Of a stretch of DNA of 64,000 nucleotides, positions 17,280 through 27,424 are shown piece after piece. The notes below the pieces were generated by a model. The model saw nothing but the letters and a program-made list of their open reading frames with translations, did not search any database and was not told the DNA's origin. The position numbers were made by a program, and so were the translations under genes. Location of the stretch: contig CACBBX010000002.1 in the NCBI GenBank assembly GCA_902537575.1, positions 9,222 through 73,221 on the forward strand, given 5' to 3'. Source of the DNA: an uncultured Pelagibacteraceae bacterium. Lineage in GTDB: Bacteria > Pseudomonadota > Alphaproteobacteria > Pelagibacterales > Pelagibacteraceae. The first letter of the stretch is position 1. The number at the start of each line of letters is the position of its first letter.

Positions 17280-18437
17280 ATGAAAAAAATCAACGAACTT
17301 CAATTAGCTAAAGAGCTAATTAGGTTTCCTTCAGTAACTCCTGTTGATGCAGGTATAATGAGTTTTTTAGAAAAAAAGCTGAAACAACTTGGTTTTAAAA
17401 CTAAAGTACTTGAATTTAAAGAAAAAAACAGCAAACCAGTAAAAAACCTTTACGCAAGACTTGGTAATAAAAGTCCTAACTTTTGTTATGCAGGTCATTT
17501 AGATGTAGTGCCTGCTGGAAATCTTAGGGACTGGACAGTCAATCCATTTAAACCCTCAATTAAAAAAGGACATTTAATTGGAAGAGGTGCAAATGATATG
17601 AAAAGCTCTATAGCAGCATTCGTTGCAGCAATTAGCAATTTTATTGAAAATTACTCAGATTTTAAAGGCTCAATTAGTCTTTTAATTACAGGTGACGAAG
17701 AAGGTATTGCTATTAACGGGACCAAAAAGGTTGTGGAGTATTTAAAAAAAAGAAAAGAGAAAATTGATTTTTGTTTAGTAGGTGAACCAACTAACCCAAG
17801 TAAATTAGGTGAAATGATTAAAATTGGGCGAAGAGGAAGTATGAACGGTAGACTAACTATAACTGGAGTGCAAGGTCATGTAGCTTATCCTCATCGAGCA
17901 AATAATCCTTCAACAGCACTTGTGCAAATTCTTAAATTAATAAAAGATATCAAATTTGATGAAGGAACTAAAGATTTTCAACCAACAAACTTGGAAATAA
18001 CGAAAATAAATATTAATAACACTGCTGATAATGTAATTCCAGGAGTTGCAACAGCTACATTTAATATAAGATTTAACAATAAACATTCCTCTTCCTTACT
18101 TAAGAAGAAGATAAACAAAGTTATTAAAAAAATATCAGCTAAAAATAAATCTAAATATAGAATTGAGTATAGTGTATCTGGAGAAGCTTTTTTAACAAAT
18201 CCTAATAAAACAACTTTTATGATACAAGATGTAATTAAGAAAATCACAAAAATTAAACCTAAGCTTTCAACAACAGGAGGAACATCAGATGCAAGGTTTA
18301 TAAGGAAAATTGCACCTTGTTTAGAATTTGGTTTGGTTGGTAAAACAATGCATAAAGTAGATGAGGCAGTTTCATTGTCAGATCTAAAAAAATTGACTTC
18401 AATTTATTCAAATATATTGAAAAATTATTTTAAGTGA
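17280..18437 (+). CDS. dapE: Succinyl-diaminopimelate desuccinylase
   Basis: AGHLDVVP, GRGANDMK, TGDEEG, VGEPT, GRRGS, GHVAYP, GGTSDARF. Confidence 0.95.
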   Translation: MKKINELQLAKELIRFPSVTPVDAGIMSFLEKKLKQLGFKTKVLEFKEKNSKPVKNLYARLGNKSPNFCYAGHLDVVPAGNLRDWTVNPFKPSIKKGHLIGRGANDMKSSIAAFVAAISNFIENYSDFKGSISLLITGDEEGIAINGTKKVVEYLKKRKEKIDFCLVGEPTNPSKLGEMIKIGRRGSMNGRLTITGVQGHVAYPHRANNPSTALVQILKLIKDIKFDEGTKDFQPTNLEITKININNTADNVIPGVATATFNIRFNNKHSSSLLKKKINKVIKKISAKNKSKYRIEYSVSGEAFLTNPNKTTFMIQDVIKKITKIKPKLSTTGGTSDARFIRKIAPCLEFGLVGKTMHKVDEAVSLSDLKKLTSIYSNILKNYFK

Positions 18438-19363
18438 AAACAGGGTTAATTACATCAGATACATATCAAAATCATAATACTGGGGATGGACATCCGGAAA
18501 AAATTGATAGGGTTACTGCTGTAATAGATAATTTTAAAAAATTAGATAATAAAAACCTAATTTGGAAAAAGCCAAATAAATTTGAGAATTCTTTTTTGAT
18601 TAAAACTCACTCCTCAAATTATATAGATCAAGTGAATAAATCTTTTCCAAAAAAAGGATATAATTTTCTTGACGGAGACACCATAGTTTCTCCTGGTAGC
18701 AAAGATGCTTCTAAGGATGCTGTAGGATCAATTATTACTGCAATTGATGGAGTACAGAAAAAAGAGTTTAAAAATGCATTTTGTGCAGTAAGACCTCCAG
18801 GACACCATGCAGAAAAAGAAAAAGCAATGGGTTTTTGTATATTCAATAATGTTGCGGTTGGTGCAAATTACTTAATCGAAAAATACAAATATAATAAAAT
18901 AGCAATTATTGATTTTGATGTTCACCATGGAAACGGTACTCAAGACATTTTTTATGATAACAAAAAAGTTTTATTTATATCAACTCATCAATACCCTTAC
19001 TATCCAGGATCTGGTTCTGAAAAAGAAAAAGGTGATTTTAATAACGTATTAAATATCCCCCTTGAAGCTGGAACATCCGCAGAAAAGTATTTAAACGCTT
19101 ACGAAAATGTTTTAAATAAAGTGAGAGAGTTTAAACCTGAATTCTTGTTGTTTTCTGCAGGTTTTGACGCACACATTGATGATCCTTTGGCCCAACTGCA
19201 GCTTAGCTCTGAGGATTTTTATAAAATCACCAAAAGAACATTAGAGATCTCAAAATCATTTTGTAATGGAAATGTTGTATCAATACTTGAGGGTGGATAT
19301 GATCTTGAAGCTTTGCAAGAAAGTACCAAAAGACATGTTGATGCTCTCATAGAATTTAATTGA
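18434..19363 (+). CDS. Zn-dependent histone deacetylase family protein
   Basis: HPEK, DGDT, RPPGHHA, GFCIFNN, DFDVHHGNGTQ, SAGFDAH, LEGGY; GTG start. Confidence 0.93.
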   Translation: MKTGLITSDTYQNHNTGDGHPEKIDRVTAVIDNFKKLDNKNLIWKKPNKFENSFLIKTHSSNYIDQVNKSFPKKGYNFLDGDTIVSPGSKDASKDAVGSIITAIDGVQKKEFKNAFCAVRPPGHHAEKEKAMGFCIFNNVAVGANYLIEKYKYNKIAIIDFDVHHGNGTQDIFYDNKKVLFISTHQYPYYPGSGSEKEKGDFNNVLNIPLEAGTSAEKYLNAYENVLNKVREFKPEFLLFSAGFDAHIDDPLAQLQLSSEDFYKITKRTLEISKSFCNGNVVSILEGGYDLEALQESTKRHVDALIEFN

Positions 19364-19395
19364 TAATTTAATATAACTATCTAAACACAATCTAA

Positions 19396-19887
19396 ATGAA
19401 ACTTTACAGAATTAAAAAGTCGGCTATAGATAAAAAAGGAAGAGGACTTTACGCAACAAAAGATATTAAAGCGGGAACTAAAGTAATTGATTATATCGGA
19501 AAATTAATTACAAAAAAACAAACAGAAGAATCTGATAAATACGATAATGGTAAACCAATTTATTTATTTACTATAAATAAAAGATACGATCTTGATGGAG
19601 ATTTTCCTTGGAATACTGCAGGTTTAATCAATCATTCATGTGAAAATAATTGTGATTATGATGGTAAAGGACTAAAAATTTGGGTTAAAGCAATAAAAGA
19701 TATAAAAAAGGGTGAGGAATTTACTTGTGATTATGGATTTAGTTACGATGAAAATTACAAACAATTTCCATGTAAATGCAAATCTAAAAACTGTTGTGGC
19801 TATATAGTGAGAGCTGAGTCTAGGTGGAGAATAAATAAAAAATTTGCAATGAGTAATAAGAAAAAATTAATAAATAATTCTGTATAA
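19396..19887 (+). CDS. SET-domain lysine methyltransferase with post-SET Cys cluster
   Basis: GRGLYA, INHSCENNC, DIKKGEEFTCDYG, CKCKSKNCCG. Confidence 0.92.
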   Translation: MKLYRIKKSAIDKKGRGLYATKDIKAGTKVIDYIGKLITKKQTEESDKYDNGKPIYLFTINKRYDLDGDFPWNTAGLINHSCENNCDYDGKGLKIWVKAIKDIKKGEEFTCDYGFSYDENYKQFPCKCKSKNCCGYIVRAESRWRINKKFAMSNKKKLINNSV

Positions 19888-20607
19888 AAAAAGTCCTTCT
19901 GGTGGTGCCGGTGGAGCACACAGCACTCTTTTTTTAGATTTAAATACTTTCTCAAAAGTTTTTAAGTCCCATTTCTTTTCTCCCAAATATTTTAGACAAC
20001 CTACCATCGATCTTACTTGCCGTTGTAAAAATGATTGTGATCTAAATTCTATTTCAATTTTATTTTTTAATGCTCTTATTTTAATAGATTTGATTGTTCT
20101 TATAGGACTTTTGGCATGACAACTTGATGATCTAAAGGTTGAATAGTCATTTGTTCCTAATAACTTTTTTGCCCCTTTTTTCATTAAATTGATATCTAAT
20201 ATTTTCCTCACATGCCAACTTCTCCCATTTTCAATTACAGGGGCACTTATTTGGTTAAAAATTATATATCTATAAATTCTTTCTTTAGCAGAAAATCGTG
20301 AATGAAATTTTTTACTTCTTTTTTTAATTTTTGTAATTGCTATGCCCTTATTGTTTAGAAAATGATTAATTGATTTTAAAAATTTCGTTAAATCTAAAAT
20401 TTTTTTTTGACAATCAAAGTGAGCTGACTGAGCATTAGCATGTACACCTGCATCAGTTCTGCCAGATCCATTTAGAATTATTCTTTCTTTTAAAAGTTTT
20501 GATAAGTGTTGTTGAATTAATCCTTGAATAGTAGTGCTTTTTTTTTGTATCTGCCAGCCTCTAAAATTTGTTCCAACATATTCAATTAGAACTTGATACC
20601 TTACCAT
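19867..20607 (-). CDS. truA: tRNA pseudouridine(38-40) synthase
   Basis: YVGTNFRGWQ, GSGRTDAGVHA, FHSRFSA, FLQRQVR, APPEGL. Confidence 0.95.
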   Translation of the reverse strand: MVRYQVLIEYVGTNFRGWQIQKKSTTIQGLIQQHLSKLLKERIILNGSGRTDAGVHANAQSAHFDCQKKILDLTKFLKSINHFLNNKGIAITKIKKRSKKFHSRFSAKERIYRYIIFNQISAPVIENGRSWHVRKILDINLMKKGAKKLLGTNDYSTFRSSSCHAKSPIRTIKSIKIRALKNKIEIEFRSQSFLQRQVRSMVGCLKYLGEKKWDLKTFEKVFKSKKRVLCAPPAPPEGLFLYRIIY

Positions 20608-21531
20608 TTAAATCTGATTGCCTTTTCTAATTCGCGAACCAAGCATAAATTCACCAATATTTTGGGGCCTTTTTCCTTCTCTTTGTATCTCCGTGACCTT
20701 AATTGATTGATTGTCTCCACAAGCAATTTCTAAATAATCATTAAGAACCTTACCCGGATTTCCAATCCCGTTGCTGATTTCTGCTTTTAAAATTTTATAT
20801 CTCTCACCACTTGATATAAAAAAAGCACCTGGAACTGGATATAAACCATTTATTTTCCCTATAATATATTCTGCATTACTCGTCCAATCAATTAAACCTT
20901 CTGTCTTTTGAATCTTTGAAGCATAAGTTGCCTTGGAATGATCTTGATCCTCAAAAGTTGCTTTATCTTCAAGTATGTCATCAATGTTATCTAAAATTTT
21001 TTCTGCTGCAATAAAAGATAACTTTTCAGCAATCTCAACAGAGTTAAAGTTATTCTCCATATTTATTTTGTAGGTATTGCAAACCGGACCCGTATCTAAT
21101 TTTTCTTCTATTTTCATTATACTGATCCCAGTTTCTTTATCTAAATTCATTATAGCTCTTTGTATAGGTGCCGCTCCTCTCCATTTAGGTAGAATAGATG
21201 CATGTACGTTAATAAATCCTTTTTTTGTTAAACTTAAAAATTCTTTAGGTATAATTTGACCATAGGCTACAACAATTGCTAGATCTGCATCTACTGATTT
21301 AAAAAATTCGTATTCTTTTTTATTTTCTTTTAAAGTTGATGGTGCCCTGTACTCTAAATTCAAAGTTTCAGAAATTCCTTGAACAGGAGATTTGTTAATT
21401 TTTTGCCCACGATGTGATTTTTGTGGGGGTTGAGTATAAACACATGTCACAGGATATCCATTTTGATAAAGAGATTTTAAAATTGGTACAGCAAACAAGG
21501 GTGTACCCATAAAAATTATTTTTTTTGCCAT
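20608..21531 (-). CDS. fmt: Methionyl-tRNA formyltransferase
   Basis: FMGTPLFA, VVAYGQI, NVHASILPKWRGAAPIQ, LDTGP. Confidence 0.96.
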   Translation of the reverse strand: MAKKIIFMGTPLFAVPILKSLYQNGYPVTCVYTQPPQKSHRGQKINKSPVQGISETLNLEYRAPSTLKENKKEYEFFKSVDADLAIVVAYGQIIPKEFLSLTKKGFINVHASILPKWRGAAPIQRAIMNLDKETGISIMKIEEKLDTGPVCNTYKINMENNFNSVEIAEKLSFIAAEKILDNIDDILEDKATFEDQDHSKATYASKIQKTEGLIDWTSNAEYIIGKINGLYPVPGAFFISSGERYKILKAEISNGIGNPGKVLNDYLEIACGDNQSIKVTEIQREGKRPQNIGEFMLGSRIRKGNQI

Positions 21532-21534
21532 GAA

Positions 21535-22053
21535 TTAAACTTCGGCTGTACTTAATTTTAATTTTGATAATTTTTTAATTATCATAGATCTTTTTAATTT
21601 TGAGAGATAATCGATAAATAATATACCCTCTAGGTGATCCATTTCATGTTGGATACATGTAGCAAGTAAACCTTCAGCCTTTAGCAATTGTTTTTTTCCA
21701 TTATAATCTAAATACTCTACTTCACATTTACTTGGTCTATCTATATCTGCAAATTGGTTTGGAACAGAAAGGCATCCTTCTTCATAAGTTGCTTTTAAAG
21801 GATCTTTATTTTTAATTATAGGATTTACAAAATATCTTGGCTCTTTTTTATTTTCTTCCTTGCAAATATCCATGACTATAATTCTTTTTGGTATTCCAAC
21901 TTGTATTGCAGCAAGACCAATTCCGTTGGCGGCATACATGGTCTCCAACATGTCTTTCATTAGTTTCTGCTCTTCTTTTCCAACTTTACTTACTGGTTTT
22001 GAAACTTGTCTCAGCAGTTTATTGGGTTCTGTAATTATAGTTCTTGTAGCCAT
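21535..22053 (-). CDS. def: Peptide deformylase
   Basis: GIGLAAIQ, EGCLS, QHEMDHL. Confidence 0.97.
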   Translation of the reverse strand: MATRTIITEPNKLLRQVSKPVSKVGKEEQKLMKDMLETMYAANGIGLAAIQVGIPKRIIVMDICKEENKKEPRYFVNPIIKNKDPLKATYEEGCLSVPNQFADIDRPSKCEVEYLDYNGKKQLLKAEGLLATCIQHEMDHLEGILFIDYLSKLKRSMIIKKLSKLKLSTAEV

Positions 22054-22078
22054 GTTTTAATTTATCTTATTATAAATT

Positions 22079-23842
22079 TTATACTTTTAAAGGTAGAACT
22101 TTTAACAAAAGTTTATTTCTAATCAAATCAACATTTAGCTGATTGAGTGTATTGATAATAAAATAAACTGTATCCTCATCTAGATTCTCAATTTTTTCTG
22201 GACCAATAACTTCAATTACTCTTAGCAATGCGGCTCCAATTTCATTGTTTTCAATCATGGACTGAATATCTGCAGGCATTTCTGATTGGTTGATCTCATA
22301 TAAGCTATCATATTTTTTTGAAATTTGAATTCCATCAGATTTCAAGGCTTCTAAGAAGATAATATCTTTTTTGGATAAAAAATATTTTTTATCTTTTTTA
22401 ATTTTCTTTAAAAATTTTTCAAGATCTTGTTCGATCTGGGATTTAGCGTAATCCCCATTAAAATAATTCACTAATTTAGATTGATGCAAAACTCTGTTAT
22501 TAAATTTTATTTTTTTATCTGTTACTTTCTCAATTTTAGAATAGCTATTATAAAAAGTTGTATAATTTGAAGGCACATCATCTTCTGAAATTTGATTTAA
22601 AAAACGTTTTAATTCTTCATCAAAAGCATTGCCTATTTCATCCTTATTAAATAAATCTTTTAAAGTTTTCATCAATTCTAACTTTAAATTTGGGTCTTTT
22701 GTTAAAAGTGTTCGTTGGTATAAGAGTGCTCTCCCTTCTATAGGTGGTAAAGATTTATACGCTTCCTGTGCGTTTAAAAATTGACTAATATTAAATTGAA
22801 ACTTTTTATAAAATTCAAATAAATCTTTTTCTGAATAATTTTTATCATGAACTGCTTTTTCAATCGTAGAAATTTTATCTATATCTGTAATTTCTATATC
22901 TTGAATTTTGAAAAGAAGATTGGATGCAGATAAATATTGCCAAATAAATTTTGGAGTGTCTATATTTGGTTCAAAAGAAAATTCAGGATTAGTTCTATGT
23001 GCTAAGTGAAAATCTAAAATAGAATTTTCAGAAATTGCTTTATCTGCTTCCTCTACATATCCAAATAAATAACTAATTTTATTTTCATAGTAATCATCTT
23101 GAAAACCCAGTTCTTTTTTTAAATCTAAAATTAATTGAGCCTCTTCATTTTTACCATAATTAATTAAACAATATAAATTGAACTTAGACAAATATTCATC
23201 CTCAATTGCTACGGTAAAATTAGAAAAAATTTCACAAGATTTTTTTATGTTTGAGTCAGATAAATAAGTGTCCACTAAAAACCTAGTTAGCTCTGGGTGG
23301 AAGTTAACAGTCTGATTTTTTATCAAATATTCTTCAATTAGCTCTAGATTAGAGTTTTTAATTAACCAATCAGATTTAAATTTTAAAAATTCTTTCTCAC
23401 TTATATTTTGATTTGGATAATAAGCATTAGTTAACACGGAAATATTCATTATTTCTGAAGCATCTTGTGAAAGATTAAATTTATTTATGTTTTCAAAAAG
23501 ACGTTTTAACTTTGAACCATCAGAATTTGACCACATATCAATACTTAGTCCATATTCAGCTGGATCATATAATCCTACAATTTTTATTTCTTTCGAAACA
23601 ACATCTTGGTCTAGTTTAATTAGATCATTTTTCTTGTTTGATTGCATGTCATAAATTCTGCTTCCATTGCTATTGTTTTGGTTTTGGTCAGAAATATTGG
23701 TTTCTACTACAATATCTGTTTCCTTTTTTTCTAAATTCCAGATATCGACTGGTTTATCTTCTGCAAACGTATTTATCCCTAATAATAAATAAAATATTAA
23801 AATTGAAAAATATTTCTTATTTAACAATTTTAAAATTTTCAT
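22079..23842 (-). CDS. Uncharacterized exported or membrane-anchored alpha-helical protein, 587 aa
   Basis: Long ORF with signal-like N-terminus (FSILIFYLLLGINTFA); no catalytic motif recognised. Confidence 0.8.
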   Translation of the reverse strand: MKILKLLNKKYFSILIFYLLLGINTFAEDKPVDIWNLEKKETDIVVETNISDQNQNNSNGSRIYDMQSNKKNDLIKLDQDVVSKEIKIVGLYDPAEYGLSIDMWSNSDGSKLKRLFENINKFNLSQDASEIMNISVLTNAYYPNQNISEKEFLKFKSDWLIKNSNLELIEEYLIKNQTVNFHPELTRFLVDTYLSDSNIKKSCEIFSNFTVAIEDEYLSKFNLYCLINYGKNEEAQLILDLKKELGFQDDYYENKISYLFGYVEEADKAISENSILDFHLAHRTNPEFSFEPNIDTPKFIWQYLSASNLLFKIQDIEITDIDKISTIEKAVHDKNYSEKDLFEFYKKFQFNISQFLNAQEAYKSLPPIEGRALLYQRTLLTKDPNLKLELMKTLKDLFNKDEIGNAFDEELKRFLNQISEDDVPSNYTTFYNSYSKIEKVTDKKIKFNNRVLHQSKLVNYFNGDYAKSQIEQDLEKFLKKIKKDKKYFLSKKDIIFLEALKSDGIQISKKYDSLYEINQSEMPADIQSMIENNEIGAALLRVIEVIGPEKIENLDEDTVYFIINTLNQLNVDLIRNKLLLKVLPLKV

Positions 23843-23999
23843 TTGGAATTATTTTTTCTATTTCTTTTTTAGGTGCAGGAAAATCTAATGAGTTTATAAA
23901 GAATACAATTCCTATAACAACAATCAATCCAAGCGTTAATTTAATTACGATTCCTGTAATACTAGCTTTGCCTGAACTTGTGTTTTTAGTAAATTGCAT
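23817..23999 (-). CDS. Small single-pass membrane protein, 60 aa
   Basis: One TM helix followed by DFPAPKKEIEKIIPNE; overlaps the start of the 587-aa gene. Confidence 0.7.
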   Translation of the reverse strand: MQFTKNTSSGKASITGIVIKLTLGLIVVIGIVFFINSLDFPAPKKEIEKIIPNENFKIVK

Positions 24000-24056
24000 A
24001 TAACTTTAGATAATTTCAAATTAAGACATATTTGTGTTTTTTCAATAAAGAAACTT

Positions 24057-24569
24057 ATGAAATCAAAAGAAAATCTTGTGTTTTTAGGAATGATGGGATC
24101 TGGAAAGAGTTCTATAGGCATGCTGGTTGCAAAAAAACTAAAATTAAATTTTATAGATATAGATAATGAGATTGAAAATAAAGTAGGGACAACCATAAGC
24201 AAAATGTTTGAGGATAAAGGAGAAGATTTTTTTAGAAAAGTTGAAGAGAAAGTAACACTAAAAAATTTAAAACTACACTCCTCTGTAATTTCTCTTGGTG
24301 GTGGAGCTTTCATGAATGAAAATATTAGAAAAGAAGTTTTAAAAAGTCATATATCGTTTTGGCTAAACTGGAATAATAATATTTTGTTAGGGAGAATAAA
24401 AAATAGTAAAAAAAGACCTCTTGCGATAAACTCATCAGATGATCAAATAATTAATTTAATTAAAAAACGCTCTAATGTCTATGCAAAAGCTTTATTTGAA
24501 ATTAAATGTGATAACTTAACTAAAAATGAAGTAGTTAATAAAATAATTAAAATTTATGAGTCAAATTAA
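24057..24569 (+). CDS. aroK: Shikimate kinase
   Basis: GMMGSGKS, DID, GEDFFR, SLGGG, RPL; start set at ATG 24057. Confidence 0.95.
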   Translation: MKSKENLVFLGMMGSGKSSIGMLVAKKLKLNFIDIDNEIENKVGTTISKMFEDKGEDFFRKVEEKVTLKNLKLHSSVISLGGGAFMNENIRKEVLKSHISFWLNWNNNILLGRIKNSKKRPLAINSSDDQIINLIKKRSNVYAKALFEIKCDNLTKNEVVNKIIKIYESN

Positions 24570-25662
24570 ATTAAATATAGAAACAAAGACACAGAAATAT
24601 CCTATCTATATTGGAAAGAAAGTATCTGCGAATATTTCTAAAATTACAAAATCTAACTCAATTAAATTTAAAAGATGTCTTTTAGTTATAGATAGTAATG
24701 TTCCTAAAAAATTTGTTTCGATAATTAAAAAATCTCTAAAAAATAAGATTAATTATATCTATTATTTTAATGCCAATGAATTAAATAAGAATATGAATAG
24801 TATAAACAAGATTTTAGAAATTTTGTTAAATAAAAATTTTTCCAGGGATGACTGTTTGATATCTATTGGAGGAGGAATTACAGGGGATATAAGCGGTTTT
24901 GCTGCAAGTCTTTTCAAGAGGGGGCTTAAGTTTATAAACATACCAACGACTCTTTTGTCTCAAGTTGACTCATCAATTGGTGGTAAGACTGGTGTAAATA
25001 CTAAGTATGGTAAAAACCTAGTTGGTAGTTTTTACCAGCCCAATCTTGTTATTTCTGATACTGAATTTTTAAAAACATTACCTAAGAGAGAGATAGTTTG
25101 TGGATACGGAGAAATTTTAAAACATTCAATTATTGGAAATAAAAAATTTTATAATTTTTTAAATAAGCATAAAAATAACATTTTAAACCTTACTTCTCCA
25201 TTTCTTGAAAAGGCTATTCATGAAAGTTGTAAAATTAAAAAAGCTGTAGTTCAAAAAGACGAAAAAGAAAAAGGTTTAAGAAAAATTTTAAATTTTGGTC
25301 ATTCATTTGCGCATGCTTATGAAGCAACATTAGGATTTAGCAAAAAACTAAATCATGGAGAAGCTGTAATACTTGGAATGAAAACTGCACTCAATTTTAG
25401 TCTTAAGACAAAATTAATGAATAAAAGAGAGTATTATTCCATTATAGATCATATTGATAATTCTGATTTACCATCTTCCGTAAGTAAATTTTTTGGTCCA
25501 AAAGATACAAACAAAATTTTGACCTTTATGACAAAAGATAAGAAAAATAGATCAAATAATATTAATTTGGTTTTACTCAAAAAAATTGGATCCCCAATAA
25601 TTAATAAAGAATATTCTAAAAAAAAAATAGGCTCATTTTTAAAAATTTTTTTACAAAATTGA
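24556..25662 (+). CDS. aroB: 3-dehydroquinate synthase
   Basis: GGGITGD, PTTLLSQVDSSIGGKTG, LNFGHSFAHA, HGEAV. Confidence 0.96.
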   Translation: MSQIKLNIETKTQKYPIYIGKKVSANISKITKSNSIKFKRCLLVIDSNVPKKFVSIIKKSLKNKINYIYYFNANELNKNMNSINKILEILLNKNFSRDDCLISIGGGITGDISGFAASLFKRGLKFINIPTTLLSQVDSSIGGKTGVNTKYGKNLVGSFYQPNLVISDTEFLKTLPKREIVCGYGEILKHSIIGNKKFYNFLNKHKNNILNLTSPFLEKAIHESCKIKKAVVQKDEKEKGLRKILNFGHSFAHAYEATLGFSKKLNHGEAVILGMKTALNFSLKTKLMNKREYYSIIDHIDNSDLPSSVSKFFGPKDTNKILTFMTKDKKNRSNNINLVLLKKIGSPIINKEYSKKKIGSFLKIFLQN

Positions 25663-25911
25663 GATTTGTATTGAGTGAATAGACTCTTTCATTTCCTTAT
25701 CTAAAATTTTATAAATTTTCTTGTTACTTTCTATCTTATTCATAATCTTGAGTTCACTGGATATTAAACTTATTTTCAAATGAAATTTACCTTCTTGATT
25801 GCCAGAGTGATTCTTATGAAGAAAAGATTTATCCTCAATTTTAATGTCTTCAATATTTATCTGATTTTGTAATTTTTTTTTTACAATTGCAATTAAGTCT
25901 TTTATATCCAT
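25651..25911 (-). CDS. bolA: BolA family protein
   Basis: IEDKSFLHKNH, HLKISLIS, IYKIL, IHSIQI. Confidence 0.85.
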   Translation of the reverse strand: MDIKDLIAIVKKKLQNQINIEDIKIEDKSFLHKNHSGNQEGKFHLKISLISSELKIMNKIESNKKIYKILDKEMKESIHSIQISIL

Positions 25912-25932
25912 AAGTATAATTTATTATATATC

Positions 25933-26466
25933 ATGAAAAATATTTGTGACTGGAATAATTGTAATGAAATTGGCAAATATAAAGCACCAGTTGAAAAAGA
26001 TAATAGTAAAAAATTTAGAATGCTATGTCTTGAGCATGTGAAAGAATTCAATAAAAATTGGAATTACTTTTCTGGTATGAATGATGATCAAGTAATGGAT
26101 TTTTTGAAGTCTGACATGATATGGCATAAACCTACTCAAAGTTTTAGCTCTTCTGATAATTTTTTTAAAGTTCTATGGAATACAACTTTAAAAGACGAGT
26201 TAGATAAAGATAAAATAAATGGTGATTATGATCATATGCGTCAATTTAAATTTGATCATAAAGATATCAAAGCGTTTGGTATCCTTGGTATTTCCGTGGG
26301 CCTAAAGTGGAAGAAAATACAGGATAAATTCAAAGTACTTGTGAAAAAATTCCACCCTGATATGAATTCCGGAAATAAAAAATATGAAGAAAAACTTAAA
26401 TTAATAACTTTAGCTTATACTCAACTTAAAAAGACTTATAGAGATAAAATTGACACCAAATCTTGA
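25933..26466 (+). CDS. J-domain protein with N-terminal Cys/His motif
   Basis: CDWNNC...[15 protein letters not shown]; C-terminal J domain with KKFHPD. Confidence 0.88.
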   Translation: MKNICDWNNCNEIGKYKAPVEKDNSKKFRMLCLEHVKEFNKNWNYFSGMNDDQVMDFLKSDMIWHKPTQSFSSSDNFFKVLWNTTLKDELDKDKINGDYDHMRQFKFDHKDIKAFGILGISVGLKWKKIQDKFKVLVKKFHPDMNSGNKKYEEKLKLITLAYTQLKKTYRDKIDTKS

Positions 26467-27424
26467 TATAAAACCAGATATTAAAGTTTCTTTGAAACAA
26501 ACTTTTGGAATAGAGTCAGACATGGAGGTAGACGCATTTTCAAAAAAAAATGACTATGTACCTGAAATTGATAAAAGTTATAAATTTGACAGAGATACTA
26601 CACTGGCGATCATTTCTGGGTTTTCGTTTAATAAAAGAGTTTTAGTTCAAGGATACCACGGTACAGGTAAGTCTACACATATTGAACAAATAGCTGCAAG
26701 ACTAAACTGGCCATGTATTCGTGTAAACTTAGATAGTCATGTTAGCCGAATAGATCTAATCGGAAAAGATGCAATTGTCTTAAAAGAGGGTAAACAAGTT
26801 ACTCAATTTAATGAAGGAATTTTGCCGTGGTCTATTCAAAATCCAGTTGCTCTTGTATTTGATGAATATGATGCAGGAAGACCTGATGTTATGTTTGTGA
26901 TTCAACGGGTTTTAGAAGCTGAAGGTAATTTTACGCTGCTAGATAAAAATAAAGTAATAAAGCAAAATAAATTTTTTAGATTATTTGCAACATCAAATAC
27001 TGTGGGATTAGGAGATACCAGTGGTCTTTACCACGGTACTCAGCAAATAAACCAAGGTCAAATGGACAGATGGAATATAGTAACAACACTAAATTATCTA
27101 AGTCTTGATAGAGAAATGGATATTGTTTTGGCCAAAAATAAAAATTTAAACAATTCGAAAGGGAAAGAAATTGTTTCTAACATGATTAAAGTGGCCTCTT
27201 TGACACGTAAAGGATTTATTGCAGGTGATATTTCAACAGTTATGAGCCCAAGAACTGTTATGCACTGGGCAGAAAATTCAGAGATCTTTAAGGATATTGG
27301 TTACGCTTTTAGAGTAACTTTTCTAAATAAATGTGATGATATAGAGAAAAATACTATCGCAGAGTATTATCAAAGGTGTTTTAGTGAAGAATTACCTGAG
27401 TCATTGATAAATATTCAAATTTAA
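26450..27424 (+). CDS. cobS: CobS-family AAA+ ATPase
   Basis: [40 protein letters not shown]; TTG start. Confidence 0.93.
   Translation: MTPNLDIKPDIKVSLKQTFGIESDMEVDAFSKKNDYVPEIDKSYKFDRDTTLAIISGFSFNKRVLVQGYHGTGKSTHIEQIAARLNWPCIRVNLDSHVSRIDLIGKDAIVLKEGKQVTQFNEGILPWSIQNPVALVFDEYDAGRPDVMFVIQRVLEAEGNFTLLDKNKVIKQNKFFRLFATSNTVGLGDTSGLYHGTQQINQGQMDRWNIVTTLNYLSLDREMDIVLAKNKNLNNSKGKEIVSNMIKVASLTRKGFIAGDISTVMSPRTVMHWAENSEIFKDIGYAFRVTFLNKCDDIEKNTIAEYYQRCFSEELPESLINIQI

Noticed and set aside
23945-24313. 122-aa minus-strand ORF, and similar antisense ORFs inside murA, dcd, pheT, gltB and aceE
   Set aside because: They lie opposite well-supported genes and have no motifs; this is typical codon-bias shadowing.
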